The position numbers and the translations under genes are program-made. A stretch of 64,000 bases of DNA from contig JAGORE010000001.1 in NCBI GenBank assembly GCA_018062985.1, positions 12,661 to 76,660 on the forward strand, in the 5' to 3' direction. This stretch comes from Rickettsiales bacterium. GTDB taxonomy: Bacteria; Pseudomonadota; Alphaproteobacteria; Rickettsiales; JABSSG01. Of the stretch, positions 37,193-47,530 are shown in pieces. Each line of letters starts with the position of its first letter. Position 1 is the first letter of the stretch. Below the pieces are notes generated by a model. The model saw only the letters and a program-made list of their open reading frames with translations, was not told where the DNA came from and did not search any database.

Positions 37193-38710
37193 ATGACGTG
37201 TTTTAAGGATTTTTCCTTGCCCATAAAGCTTTATGAAAATTTAGAGAAAATGGAATTTAAGATTCCTACCCCTATTCAGGTTCAAGCTATACCACCAGCA
37301 TTAGAAGGACAAGATGTACTAGGTTCAGCACAGACTGGCACAGGGAAAACTGGTGCTTTTGGCATACCTTTGGTAGCCAAATTGATGAATGATCCAGAAA
37401 GTGCAGCACTTGTTTTGTTACCAACTAGAGAACTGGCTTTACAGGTGCAAAAATCTTTGCAAACCTTTATTAATAAAGAGAATATTAAGACGGCTCTATT
37501 GATAGGCGGAGAGCCTATGGCAAAGCAATATGCTCAGTTAAAGTCTAAACCTCGTCTTATTGTAGCAACGCCAGGCCGTGTTAATGATCATTTAAAGAGA
37601 AAAACATTAAAGTTGCAACAGACCAACTTTCTAGTTTTAGATGAAGTGGATCGTATGCTCGATATGGGTTTTGGCATACAGCTAGAAGAAATTATGAAAT
37701 ATTTAGTGTCTGAACGTCAGACTTTAATGTTTACGGCTACATTACCGCAAAATATCAAAAAACTTGCAGAAAAATACTTGAAATCGCCTGTACATATTTC
37801 TGTTGGCAAAAGTCATGCTCCTGCGGAAAAGGTGAAACAAGAAAATATCAAGCTGGCTGATAGTGAAAAATTTCCTAGACTGTTACAAGAATTGGAAAAT
37901 CGTACAGGTTCTATTTTGGTGTTTGTCGGGACAAAAATATCTGCTGATAAAATGTCAGTAAAGTTAGGTGAACAAGGACATAATGCTAAGGCGTTGCATG
38001 GTGATTTGCAGCAAGCAAAACGATCAAGAGTTATTGAGTCATTTAGACAAGAAAGATGTAGAATACTTGTTGCTACTGATGTTGCTGCTAGAGGATTAGA
38101 TATTCCTCATATAGCGCATGTGATTAATTATGATTTGCCACAAAATCCAGAAGATTACATACATAGAATTGGTAGAACTGCAAGAGCTGGAGCAGAAGGT
38201 CATGCGGTCAATTTTGTTGGTTCAAAAGATGCTTTGAAATGGAAAAATATTGCTAAAATGATGAATCCAAATGCTGTAGTAAAGGATCATGGAGATAACG
38301 AAAGTAATAGTAGATCTCAAGGTAAGAAAACTACATTTCGTAGAGATAGATTCTCAAAACAAGGAGATTTTAAAGAAAAGCCAAGATCAAGATTTGGTAG
38401 AACAAGTACAGATGAGTCAAATTCTTTTTCTAGTCGCAGTTCAGGTGAGAAGCCAAGATCAAGGATTGGTAGAACAAGTACAGAAGAATCAAATTCTTTT
38501 TCTAGTCGTAATTCAGGTGAAAAACCAAGATCAAGGGTTGGTAGAACAAGTACAGAGGGGTCAAAATCTTTTTCTGGTCGTGGTTCAAGTGAAAAGCCTA
38601 AATCACGATTTGGAAGAAGAGATGATTCTAAAGGTCAATCTACAAATCGTAGTTTTAAAAGAAAATCTACAGAAGATCGTTCTCCTAAGAGAAGTTTTAA
38701 GGGTGAGTAA
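37193..38710 (+). CDS. DEAD-box ATP-dependent RNA helicase with repetitive basic S/R-rich tail
   Basis: Q motif, AQTGTGKT, PTRELA, DEVD (DEAD variant), SAT-like TAT, HRIGRTARAG. Confidence 0.9.
   Translation: MTCFKDFSLPIKLYENLEKMEFKIPTPIQVQAIPPALEGQDVLGSAQTGTGKTGAFGIPLVAKLMNDPESAALVLLPTRELALQVQKSLQTFINKENIKTALLIGGEPMAKQYAQLKSKPRLIVATPGRVNDHLKRKTLKLQQTNFLVLDEVDRMLDMGFGIQLEEIMKYLVSERQTLMFTATLPQNIKKLAEKYLKSPVHISVGKSHAPAEKVKQENIKLADSEKFPRLLQELENRTGSILVFVGTKISADKMSVKLGEQGHNAKALHGDLQQAKRSRVIESFRQERCRILVATDVAARGLDIPHIAHVINYDLPQNPEDYIHRIGRTARAGAEGHAVNFVGSKDALKWKNIAKMMNPNAVVKDHGDNESNSRSQGKKTTFRRDRFSKQGDFKEKPRSRFGRTSTDESNSFSSRSSGEKPRSRIGRTSTEESNSFSSRNSGEKPRSRVGRTSTEGSKSFSGRGSSEKPKSRFGRRDDSKGQSTNRSFKRKSTEDRSPKRSFKGE
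38375..38620 (+). repeat. 72-nt tandem repeat (about 3.3 copies) encoding EKPRSR(F/I/V)GRTSTxESNSFSSRxSG in the helicase tail
   Basis: ccaagatcaag recurs at 38381, 38453 and 38525 (period 72). A degenerate fourth unit reads EKPKSRFGRR. Confidence 0.75.
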
Positions 38711-38715
38711 CTAAG

Positions 38716-40011
38716 TTATTTTTTAGAGGTTTTTAAAGATTGCCAATATTGAATTCTTTTTAATATTTCTCTTTCAAAACCTCTCTCAGCTGGATGATAA
38801 AAATCTTTTGCAGCGTTATCTAATTCCTCAGGAAAGTAGTTTTGACCAGAAAAGCCTTGTGGGGTATCGTGGTCATAGATATAGCCCTTGCTATAATTTT
38901 GTTCTTTCATGAACTTGTTTGGTGCATTGAGAATCTGTTTAGGTGGTAGAACTGATCCATGTAGTTTTGCAGTGTCAACAGAGAGTTTATATGCTTTATA
39001 AACGCTGTTTGATTTAGGTGCTGTTGCTAAATATATTACCGCTTGAACAACAGCTAAATCGCCTTCTGGGCTTCCTAAAAATTCGTAAGCTTGTTTTGCT
39101 GCTAGTGCTTGAGTTAACGCATTAGGGTCAGCGAGGCCAATATCTTCGCTTGCTTGTCTTATTAAATGCCTAGTAATTGCTAGGGGATCTTCACCAGCTT
39201 CGAGCATACGTGCTAACCAATATAGAGCCGCATTGCAATCTGAACCTCTGATCGATTTAAATAATGCGCTTCTTAAGTTATAATACATGTCTCGAGCATT
39301 ATCATGAATTGGTTGTCGTTTATGTAAATGTTTAGATAAATCTGCCGGGGTTAGAAGACTATCTGTAGTGATGCTGATTATTTCTTCGCAGAGATTGAGT
39401 AAATATCTGCCATCACCGTCAGCAAGATGATATAGGTATTGATATGAATCTGACGTAATGGGTAACGTAATATTTTTTTGTTTTTCTGTTCTTTTGATTA
39501 TTGAAAACATTGCTTCGTCAGATAGACGCTTTAATGTTAGAACTTTGCATCTAGATAGCAATGCGCTATTTAGTGAAAAAGAAGGGTTTTCAGTAGTTGC
39601 TCCTATTAAAATTATGATACCATTTTCTAAATATGGTAATAAAACATCTTGTTGGGTTTTATTAAAGCGGTGAATCTCATCAATTAATACAATAGTTCCA
39701 TTACCTGATTCTGCTCTTAGTTCAGCTTGTTCAAAAATTCTTTTTAAATCAACTGTTCCATGCATTGCAGCAGATATAGATTCAAAAGATAGGTCACATG
39801 TTTTTGCAATAATTTTAGCAATTGTGGTTTTACCACAGCCAGGAGGCCCCCACAGAATCAAGCTAGATAACCTTTTGTTTTTGATCATCTTTGATAATAC
39901 TGATTCTTTATTAAAAATATGTTCTTGACCAAAAACTTCTTCCAAAGAATCAGGTCGGACTTCGTCAGCTAAAGGTTTTCTCTGAGTTTTGTGAAATAAC
40001 GAGAAGTTCAT
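38716..40011 (-). CDS. rarA: replication-associated recombination protein A (RarA/MgsA AAA+ ATPase)
   Basis: LILWGPPGCGKTT Walker A, IVLIDEIHRFNK, C-terminal MgsA domain (ALYWLARMLEAGEDP). Confidence 0.9.
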   Translation of the reverse strand: MNFSLFHKTQRKPLADEVRPDSLEEVFGQEHIFNKESVLSKMIKNKRLSSLILWGPPGCGKTTIAKIIAKTCDLSFESISAAMHGTVDLKRIFEQAELRAESGNGTIVLIDEIHRFNKTQQDVLLPYLENGIIILIGATTENPSFSLNSALLSRCKVLTLKRLSDEAMFSIIKRTEKQKNITLPITSDSYQYLYHLADGDGRYLLNLCEEIISITTDSLLTPADLSKHLHKRQPIHDNARDMYYNLRSALFKSIRGSDCNAALYWLARMLEAGEDPLAITRHLIRQASEDIGLADPNALTQALAAKQAYEFLGSPEGDLAVVQAVIYLATAPKSNSVYKAYKLSVDTAKLHGSVLPPKQILNAPNKFMKEQNYSKGYIYDHDTPQGFSGQNYFPEELDNAAKDFYHPAERGFEREILKRIQYWQSLKTSKK

Positions 40012-40142
40012 AATATTGTTTCTGCGTCTCTATAAATTTCATATTATAAATATAGTCTGCATCTCAATAATAGCCATAGTTAATTTTATGTTATATGATA
40101 TTCTATAAAGAGAAGTTTTGTATGTTGATATGGAGGGAAAGC

Positions 40143-40685
40143 ATGAAACATTCGCATAACAAAGAGGAGTCTAGCATTTCATTTAGCGAACACAACCAAA
40201 GTCTGATTGGTAGATATAAACCACTGATTGTAATTTTAATTTTTTGTGTTCTATTACCAATCATTCAATTTAATCCCATAGATCATGTAGAATTCATGTA
40301 TTGTTTTATGGGGTATTTTTTTATTTTCTTATCAATGTTTAAGTTTTTTGATCTAAAAGGTTTTGTAGGTGGTTTTTCTACATATGATTTGATCACTATG
40401 CGTGTTCGTGGATATGGATATGCCTATCCAGTGATTGAGTTTTTACTAGGGGCTTCATATCTTTCTCAATTTCATATTACTTTAGTTAATGTAATCACGG
40501 TAATTATAATGTTAATTGGTGGAATAGGTGTATTAAAAACTATTGTTTCTGGTCATAAAGTTAAATGTGCTTGTTTAGGTACGGCATTAAACGTACCACT
40601 GAGTACAGTTAGCTTACTAGAAAATTTTGGTATGGGCGCTATGGCAGCTTATCAATTGTTTTTCATTGAATCTCTTGTTATATAG
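40143..40685 (+). CDS. MauE/DoxX-like membrane protein
   Basis: Multi-TM protein with GHKVKCACLG motif. GGAGGG SD upstream of ATG 40143; the ORF is open from 40095. Confidence 0.5.
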   Translation: MKHSHNKEESSISFSEHNQSLIGRYKPLIVILIFCVLLPIIQFNPIDHVEFMYCFMGYFFIFLSMFKFFDLKGFVGGFSTYDLITMRVRGYGYAYPVIEFLLGASYLSQFHITLVNVITVIIMLIGGIGVLKTIVSGHKVKCACLGTALNVPLSTVSLLENFGMGAMAAYQLFFIESLVI

Positions 40686-41118
40686 ATATTTTCATATCTT
40701 TATGAGGAATATTGGCATCAAGATATTCTTGGCTACAAATGTTAAACCCAAGGTTTTGATAAAAACAAATGGCGTGAACTTGAGAGCTTAAAAATATTGT
40801 TGTTGCAGCTTTAGATTCTTTTATATCTTTTATTATGAACTGCATCAATTTTTTTCCTATACCCTGTCCTTGATATCCAGATAAAACAGCCACACGTTCG
40901 ATTTTTGCTTGTTTATCAAGATAGCGGACGCGTGCTGTGCCTACAGAAGTATGATTTGTTGATATCATATAATGCACGCTGTATTTATCTAGCCCGTCGA
41001 TTTCTATCTCTTCTGGAACATTTTGTCCGATAATAAAAACGGTTTTGCGGATCGCTAAGCATTTTTTGAAATCTTGAGAGTTAGCATCTACAACTGTAAT
41101 CTCGGTGTCTATGTGCAT
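40678..41118 (-). CDS. GNAT family N-acetyltransferase
   Basis: VLSGYQGQGIGKKLMQF acetyl-CoA-binding motif. 146 aa. Confidence 0.75.
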   Translation of the reverse strand: MHIDTEITVVDANSQDFKKCLAIRKTVFIIGQNVPEEIEIDGLDKYSVHYMISTNHTSVGTARVRYLDKQAKIERVAVLSGYQGQGIGKKLMQFIIKDIKESKAATTIFLSSQVHAICFYQNLGFNICSQEYLDANIPHKDMKISI

Positions 41119-41161
41119 ATCTACACTGATAACTATTATCTTATTTTTATCCTAATATCTA

Positions 41162-41249
41162 TGGCGGAGGGACGGGGATTCGAACCCCGGAGACATTGCT
41201 GTCAACACGCTTTCCAGGCGTGCGCCTTAAACCGCTCGGCCATCCCTCC
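41162..41249 (-). tRNA. tRNA-Ser (anticodon GGA)
   Basis: The reverse complement is GGAGGGATGGCCGAGCGGTTTAAGGCG..CTGGAAA..long variable arm..GGTTCGAATCC..TCCCTCCGCCA. Confidence 0.9.
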
Positions 41250-41404
41250 GTGAAAAACATAATTATATATAAGACCTTCAATAAAGAAGTGCAAGCGTTT
41301 AATCTAGTTTCCTCATAGAGTTTATATTTTCTAGATTTTTGGCTTGCGAAGATTTTATCTATAGTATAGATTTGTCAAACATAAGAATTTCTTAAGTCTT
41401 ATAT

Positions 41405-41494
41405 GGAGTGATGGCCGAGTGGTCGAAGGCGCTTCCCTGCTAAGGAAGTATACGGGAAACCGTATCGAGGGTTCGAATCCCTCTCACTCCGCCA
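41405..41494 (+). tRNA. tRNA-Ser (anticodon GCT)
   Basis: GGAGTGATGGCCGAGTGGTCGAAGGCG, anticodon loop CTGCTAA, long variable arm, GGTTCGAATCC, TCACTCCGCCA. Confidence 0.9.
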
Positions 41495-41562
41495 GTTTGC
41501 GTTTTAGAGAGATTACTATTGAAAGATCATAGATATTTAAACTTATAGTATAGACCATGCAT

Positions 41563-42567
41563 TTAGTTTTCTTGTGCAACTAGTATTTGATCCAATGACA
41601 GCGTCATGTTTCTATCAATTTTTTCTTTTAATATAGTGACCAAATCTGGTTGTGCTTTTGGTTTATGCTTTGGCGTTAGAACCACAACGTCGATTGTGGT
41701 GTTGTTAGAATTACATTTGATATTAAGTATTGGAATGCGAATTTTTTCTGTGGCAAAATATTCTTCTATAGCATTTTGAACAACATTAGTCACATATGTT
41801 TTATAAGTAACATTCTTCAAGGTTATACCCAAGGGGATAGATAAGGTGCCAAATACGATGAGAATTACAATCATTTGTAAGAATGTTCTTTTTTTGGTCA
41901 AGCTTCCATTAAAGCCATAAAATGTAGCTATTATCGATACACTTAAAGCAATAGCTAATAAATTGGTCATAAAAAGTGTCAAAGCTCCTTTAGTTATTGA
42001 ATGTTGGCCTATAGCAAGGCCAAATCCCACTACTGCTAACGGAGTCATTAAAGCTGCAGCAAAAGCCACTCCTATAACATCTTGGCCTCTGCGTTTAATT
42101 ATAAGATATCCGCCAACGATACCCGTCAATATTGCTACTAGTAAGTCAAAGAAATTAGGTTGGGTTCTGGCAATGATTTCAGGCGTAATATCAACAATAG
42201 GCGATAAAGTCGTGATAAGCCACGAGCTAAAAATAGCAAGCACACCTCCTGTGATTATTCCTTTGAGTGCATCTTTCATTTGTTGTATATCTAAAACACA
42301 CAGAGAAAATCCAAAAGATATAATAGGAGAAACTAATGGTGAAATAAGCATAGCCCCAATGATGACACTTGGAGACGAAAGTAACAATCCAAGAGTAGCA
42401 ATAGCGCATGACATCAAAACCATAAAGATATAACGAGAGGTCAATTGACCATCAGTACGCACATCTTCTATGACTTCTTCATGATCAACTTGTTTAACAA
42501 ATCTCCGAAACCACAGTACCTTTAGTGATCGTAATGACGGTAGAGCCATGTATCTTTTTGTAGTCAT
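41563..42567 (-). CDS. DUF389 (TIGR00341) family membrane protein
   Basis: VIIGAMLISPLVSPI signature and multiple TM helices. Confidence 0.7.
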   Translation of the reverse strand: MTTKRYMALPSLRSLKVLWFRRFVKQVDHEEVIEDVRTDGQLTSRYIFMVLMSCAIATLGLLLSSPSVIIGAMLISPLVSPIISFGFSLCVLDIQQMKDALKGIITGGVLAIFSSWLITTLSPIVDITPEIIARTQPNFFDLLVAILTGIVGGYLIIKRRGQDVIGVAFAAALMTPLAVVGFGLAIGQHSITKGALTLFMTNLLAIALSVSIIATFYGFNGSLTKKRTFLQMIVILIVFGTLSIPLGITLKNVTYKTYVTNVVQNAIEEYFATEKIRIPILNIKCNSNNTTIDVVVLTPKHKPKAQPDLVTILKEKIDRNMTLSLDQILVAQEN

Positions 42568-42914
42568 TATATTTTAAAATTATTAAAAGTTAATAGAAGT
42601 ATGTATTTGACTGATGTAGAATTGTCAGCTTGTTTTGTATTTTAGTATGTCTCATTGTTCTTATACAAAATTTCTTCTTCAACATCCTGAAAAACACAGA
42701 AGGCTTATTCTGACAACTATATGTATACTTAAAAATTTGATCATCTTCGCCGTAATCACCAAGAGCTTTTTGCTAATCACATTAATGATGCCCATAATAT
42801 GGAGAACTCTTAGACCTAATGAAAGTAATGTTTTAGTAAGTTTAATGCAATTATAACTTCAATTCTCTCTCAGCACACAAGTTATAATGTAAATTGGTAC
42901 AAAGCTATGTCATG

Positions 42915-43292
42915 TTATTTCTCTTTTGATACAGATACTTCGATTGCTTGATTATCTACTTTTTGTGTTACGCCTACAGAGTCCATATGCCTTTTATATG
43001 ACTCAGATGCTTCCTCTTTTAATTTATTTCCACTTACAACTTTATCTTCTCCTTTTTGGATTAGAGCCTTTCCTTCAGATACAAACTCTTCTCCTTTTTT
43101 TGTCTTTATCTTGCCTTTTACTATTAAATTTTGTCCTTCTGTTATCATTAGCTCTCCCTTTTCCCACTCTTTCGCTATCAAAACAGTTTTAGAACCCTGT
43201 AATCTTAATGTATCAGCAAAAGTTTCCTGTTTTTGACTACAGCTAATACACATGAACATTAGTAAGGAAATATATAGTTTGGTTTTGTACAT
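42915..43292 (-). CDS. hypothetical lipoprotein (K/E-rich)
   Basis: Signal peptide ending in the lipobox-like MCISC. No family recognised. Confidence 0.45.
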   Translation of the reverse strand: MYKTKLYISLLMFMCISCSQKQETFADTLRLQGSKTVLIAKEWEKGELMITEGQNLIVKGKIKTKKGEEFVSEGKALIQKGEDKVVSGNKLKEEASESYKRHMDSVGVTQKVDNQAIEVSVSKEK

Positions 43293-43503
43293 TGTTTTTT
43301 ATTAATTAATTGTTATTTGCTGAAACACTTTTTTATCATGGAACTCTACTGTATTATTACTACTCAGAAACACCGCAATTTATTATAGATCACCTACGCC
43401 CGTCATTATAGCAACATTCTACTTCAGATGTCAACATGTGTGTTTTTCGTGGATTAGTTCATATGAAATAAGGTTCATTTAAGTCTCTATATATTGGAGT
43501 AAT

Positions 43504-44793
43504 TTATTCATCAATTGCAACAAGTTTATTTTCTAAAGCTATAGTTTTTTGTAGCATATTATCTTTGATAAAGAGTAATAAAATAAATGCACACAAAGCC
43601 GAGATCGGCAAGACACATAAAGCAACTTGATAATCATATTTAGAATATATGGCAAGGTCAGAATGTCCTTTATTAAGTAAAAATCCTATTAAAGGATGAA
43701 AAATCAACCCGGATGCCATAACTGTCATATTTAAAATTGAGGTTACAAGAGCGGAATGATTTTTAGATACTAGATCACAAGCAATAGTAAAAGAGAGTGT
43801 TTTTGATGAATAAAATACCCCCGCAAGAAAGAGACATAAATAAATTTGATATTCTGATAAGGAATAGTTACCATACAAAAGTAAAAAGTATAAAATTGCT
43901 GCCATGAGGGATGATAATATCATGATCGTTCTACGACTATGAAATATTTCAGATAACATTGCAATAATAGGACTGCCAATTCCAGCTCCCATAAACATAA
44001 ATGCTACTGAAGTTGCTGCAATACTATATTCCACTTTAAAACATAACATTATATAACCTACACCCCATCCTATCCCTAATACCGTTATAGGCAAATAAGT
44101 CAACATACCGTAAAGAGATAAGAGGGTTATTTGAGGGTTTTTGAAAAGTATTTTAAGATCTTTGAGCATTGATCTTTTAGCTAAGAATGTTTCATGTCTT
44201 TTGGTTTTTATGAGCACAGAGGATAGCGCCATCAGAAGAATTACAGAAAGAATTGCACCTATGCATGCCATATATAACATCACTTCTTTCCAACTATATA
44301 TTTCGCTTAGCCATTTAAGTGGCCGCCCAGCTATCATTGCACCTAAAGTTCCAAAAAATATCGTCACGCCAATTGCCATGCTAATACGATTAGCAGGTAA
44401 AATACGCGTAGCTACTTTTACCGCTCCAATAAAACCAAATGCAGATCCAACACCTATAATAAACCTTGCTGCTGATGCGTAAATAATGTTATCTGCAAAA
44501 ACCATGAGCGCTGCGCCACTTCCGCAAATTAATGGAGCAAGTGGTAAAAGATAATGAACTTTTATTCTATCAAGGGCACACCCCAAAGGAATCTGAAGTC
44601 CTGCATACGCTGCAGAATATGCTGCAATTATAATTCCTAGACCTGCAGCTTCTACATGAAAAGCATTCATAAATTCTTGAGAAAAAGTATTTGGTAAAAC
44701 GCGTAGTGAAAACTGATAGCAATAAAATAGTCCACAAGCAAGGATTATTAGCCAAGAATTAAAACGCTTTCTAACAAAGGTGAGTGCTAACAT
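43504..44793 (-). CDS. MFS transporter
   Basis: About 12 TM segments. GCALDRIK loop motif after TM2. Confidence 0.75.
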   Translation of the reverse strand: MLALTFVRKRFNSWLIILACGLFYCYQFSLRVLPNTFSQEFMNAFHVEAAGLGIIIAAYSAAYAGLQIPLGCALDRIKVHYLLPLAPLICGSGAALMVFADNIIYASAARFIIGVGSAFGFIGAVKVATRILPANRISMAIGVTIFFGTLGAMIAGRPLKWLSEIYSWKEVMLYMACIGAILSVILLMALSSVLIKTKRHETFLAKRSMLKDLKILFKNPQITLLSLYGMLTYLPITVLGIGWGVGYIMLCFKVEYSIAATSVAFMFMGAGIGSPIIAMLSEIFHSRRTIMILSSLMAAILYFLLLYGNYSLSEYQIYLCLFLAGVFYSSKTLSFTIACDLVSKNHSALVTSILNMTVMASGLIFHPLIGFLLNKGHSDLAIYSKYDYQVALCVLPISALCAFILLLFIKDNMLQKTIALENKLVAIDE

Positions 44794-45168
44794 AATTTTT
44801 GTAATAGGTACTTTTGATTGGCTCGCATGCCACTAGCTATGTATGACAAATGAACAATAGATTAAATTTTGTTTTTAAACAAGATAAAAGAAAAATATGT
44901 TGTTTGAGAGAGTGACATCTATCAATGTTGGTTTTTATATACGTAGATCGCTCCTAGACACTCCAGATTTGATGATGTCACTAAAATATAAACTACTGAT
45001 TAATAACCAATTGAAAGAAACTATTCTAAAGCTCTGTAGTGTGTATTTTTGGCAAATCAATTATGATTGAATTATTTAACTACTCCACGTATTTAGCTGG
45101 AAAAACTCACTTTTAAGTTATACCATATCTACCATTGTATCTGAATTAGTCAGCTTATTAGAGTTACA

Positions 45169-45732
45169 ATGATGAAAAAATCTACATTTCCTACTTTCAG
45201 AACTGAACGCTTAATTCTTCGTGAAATTACTGAGGCAGATGCACCTTCATATGAAGAAAATTTTGTCACTTACGATGTTATTAGCCAATTATCCAAGGCT
45301 GTTCCTTGGCCTTATCCTAAAGACGGAGTTCTAGAATGGATTAAGAACGAGATTCTACCTAAGAATGGCAAAGACAAGTGGGTGTGGGGAATCTCTTTAA
45401 AAGATAAACCAAATGAAATTATCGGAGTCGTAGAATTATGGAAAGAAGGCAAGCCTGAAAACAGAGGTTTCTTTCTAGGCAAAAGATTCTGGGGGCAAGG
45501 TTTTATGACCGAAGCGGTTAAACCTGTCACGAATTATGCTTTTGATGTTCTTGGTTTTGAAAAGCTCATTTTTGCTAATGCATTAGGAAATAATCGCTCA
45601 AGACGTATTAAAGAAAAAACGGGAGCGCGATTGATTCGTCTTGAACCAGCAAAGTACGTTAGTCCTGATTACACACAACGTGAAGTTTGGGAACTAAAAA
45701 AAGAAGAGTGGTATAAATTAAAAGGTCTTTAA
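45169..45732 (+). CDS. GNAT N-acetyltransferase (RimJ/RimL-like, Acetyltransf_3)
   Basis: TERLILREITEADA start and FWGQGFMTEAV motif. Confidence 0.75.
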   Translation: MMKKSTFPTFRTERLILREITEADAPSYEENFVTYDVISQLSKAVPWPYPKDGVLEWIKNEILPKNGKDKWVWGISLKDKPNEIIGVVELWKEGKPENRGFFLGKRFWGQGFMTEAVKPVTNYAFDVLGFEKLIFANALGNNRSRRIKEKTGARLIRLEPAKYVSPDYTQREVWELKKEEWYKLKGL

Positions 45733-45882
45733 ACGCTGGATAACATGGCTTGACTTTATCTGTGATATATAATTTTAGTCAAAATCAATGAGGTAAGTTC
45801 CAGATCCATTTGCCATTGCCCTGTCAGTTTAAATAAAAAGACAAAATAGAGCTTTATAGAAGCTACTTTATTATTTCTGTAT

Positions 45883-46431
45883 TTATAGATATTGATTGGC
45901 AGTTAGACGATATAAGATATGTTTTGATAATCTATGATCAATAGGTAATTTAGGATGAGCAAAGTCACCACTTATATCATGTTTGAAGCCAATTTTTTTC
46001 ATTACATTTATAGAGCGAATATTTGCTGGCACAGTAAATGATACAATTTCTTTGAGTCCACATTTCTTAAAACCGTATTCTAGAGAAGCTCTTGCTGCTT
46101 CTGTGGCATAGCCTTTGCCCCAATATTGTGACCCAAGACGCCAGCCGACTTCAACTGCTGGAGTAAAATGAGCTGGCCATTCTGTGTAGTTCAAACCGGT
46201 GAACCCTAATAATTCGCCTGTCTCCTTTAATTCTAAAGCCCATAAAGTGTAGCTGTGTTTTTCTTGATGTTTATTAGCAGCTAAAATAAAATCATTAACT
46301 TGGTTTGTAGTGAGAGGACCTAGCAATAATTCGATTACTTTTGGATCTGTATTAATAGAATAATAAGCTTCAGCATCTTCATTATTCCATGTTCTAAGAA
46401 TTAATCGAGTTGTTTCAATAATAGTAGCCAT
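45883..46431 (-). CDS. GNAT N-acetyltransferase (RimJ/RimL-like)
   Basis: TTRLILRTWNNEDAEAYY start and YWGKGYATEAA motif. Confidence 0.75.
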   Translation of the reverse strand: MATIIETTRLILRTWNNEDAEAYYSINTDPKVIELLLGPLTTNQVNDFILAANKHQEKHSYTLWALELKETGELLGFTGLNYTEWPAHFTPAVEVGWRLGSQYWGKGYATEAARASLEYGFKKCGLKEIVSFTVPANIRSINVMKKIGFKHDISGDFAHPKLPIDHRLSKHILYRLTANQYL

Positions 46432-46620
46432 TTTTTCTGTATACGTGTTATTCTTAAAACTTGAGTTATAATATAAACCAGTTTATATTTTTGTTCAAGT
46501 GTATGTTTATACTCTGAAGTATTGAAAAAGCAGTGGAAAACTAAAGTGTTTTAGTAAAAATAAAGATTAGATAATTTAAAATTTATCATGCTTTATAATG
46601 CTCTTATTTGTTGATTTCAA
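46376..46620. repeat. direct duplication, copy 1 (GNAT 5' end + promoter region + decayed msrQ-like 5' end)
   Basis: 46376-46501 is near-identical to 47286-47411. 46545-46620 is still alignable, at roughly 70 percent by eye, to 47452-47530. Confidence 0.75.
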
Positions 46621-46830
46621 GTTTGGTCACTCTGTTTTGATTTGATAAAAAAGTTATTAAACTTTAGAGAAGTAATTCTGGGAGTTTTCGTTTCTGGTAA
46701 AGTTTTTTCTGTTATCTTTCCTTATCTCTCTTAATGTTATTTGAGGAATGATAGTGGTAAACCTCTCATCAAGAGATGTAAGAGTTGTTTTTACCAATTG
46801 GACTCGGACCAGTTGTTGATATTAAATATT

Positions 46831-47256
46831 TTACCTGTTTTGTAAAAAATTAACTGCCCAAGTCACGAAAGGAGTAACTCGACTTAAATCTAAAGAATTA
46901 ATATCACACCAAATACAACCATTTGAATCTTCACCATCACCATCTTGTTTTGGCTCACCAATAATTTCTACGTAGTAAATAACTCCAATATGACGCAATC
47001 TACATGTTTCTTTGTCAGTATGATAGTCAAAAAATGAGCTGATAGTTTTTAATTGCCTATTATTTGTCACTGCACATCCAGTTTCTTCTTTGATTTCACG
47101 ATTTAAACAGTCTTCTAACAATTCTGAATCTTCAATACTTCCACCGGGTAGATCATAGTGCCCAGTATATGGTCCACGGGACTTAATAATTAACAATATT
47201 TTTTTCTGATCTGGACTAAGAATAATTCCATAAATCCCAAAATGGTTATGCAGCAT
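46831..47256 (-). CDS. NUDIX hydrolase
   Basis: Nudix box GGSIEDSELLEDCLNREIKEETG. Confidence 0.8.
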   Translation of the reverse strand: MLHNHFGIYGIILSPDQKKILLIIKSRGPYTGHYDLPGGSIEDSELLEDCLNREIKEETGCAVTNNRQLKTISSFFDYHTDKETCRLRHIGVIYYVEIIGEPKQDGDGEDSNGCIWCDINSLDLSRVTPFVTWAVNFLQNR

Positions 47257-47285
47257 AGGAAATGCAAATTGATTATGTTGTTATG

Positions 47286-47530
47286 TCTTCATTATTCCAA
47301 GTTCTAAGAATTAATCGAGTTGTTTCAATAATAGTAGCCATTTTATTCAGTATACATATTATTCTTAAAACTTGAGTTATAATATAAACCAGTTTATATT
47401 TTTGTTCAAGTATTTGTGGGTTTGTAGTACTAAATAAAATGAGTAGGCAAATTATGTATTTTAGTAAAAACAAAGATTGGATGATTTTGAATTTACCGTG
47501 CGTTACAATATTTGTTGCTTTGATGATGAA
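47286..47530. repeat. direct duplication, copy 2 (carries a 19-codon GNAT 5' fragment at 47286-47341 and the intact msrQ-like start)
   Basis: Encodes MATIIETTRLILRTWNNED on the minus strand, identical to the first 19 residues of the 45883-46431 gene. The listed ORF 47273-47473 is a chimeric read-through of this fragment. Confidence 0.75.

Noticed and set aside
38289-38714. 141-aa alternative-frame ORF over the 3' end of the DEAD-box helicase
   Set aside because: It is generated by the 72-nt tandem repeat being open in a second frame. The helicase frame is continuous and conserved.
42635-42856. 73-aa ORF in the intergenic region between the DUF389 gene and the lipoprotein gene
   Set aside because: It has no SD, an unusual composition and no recognisable motif. 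It is likely a random ORF in AT-rich spacer DNA.
47273-47473. 66-aa minus-strand ORF between the NUDIX gene and the msrQ-like gene
   Set aside because: Its C-terminus is the duplicated first 19 codons of the GNAT gene fused to intergenic sequence. It is a by-product of the duplication, not a gene.
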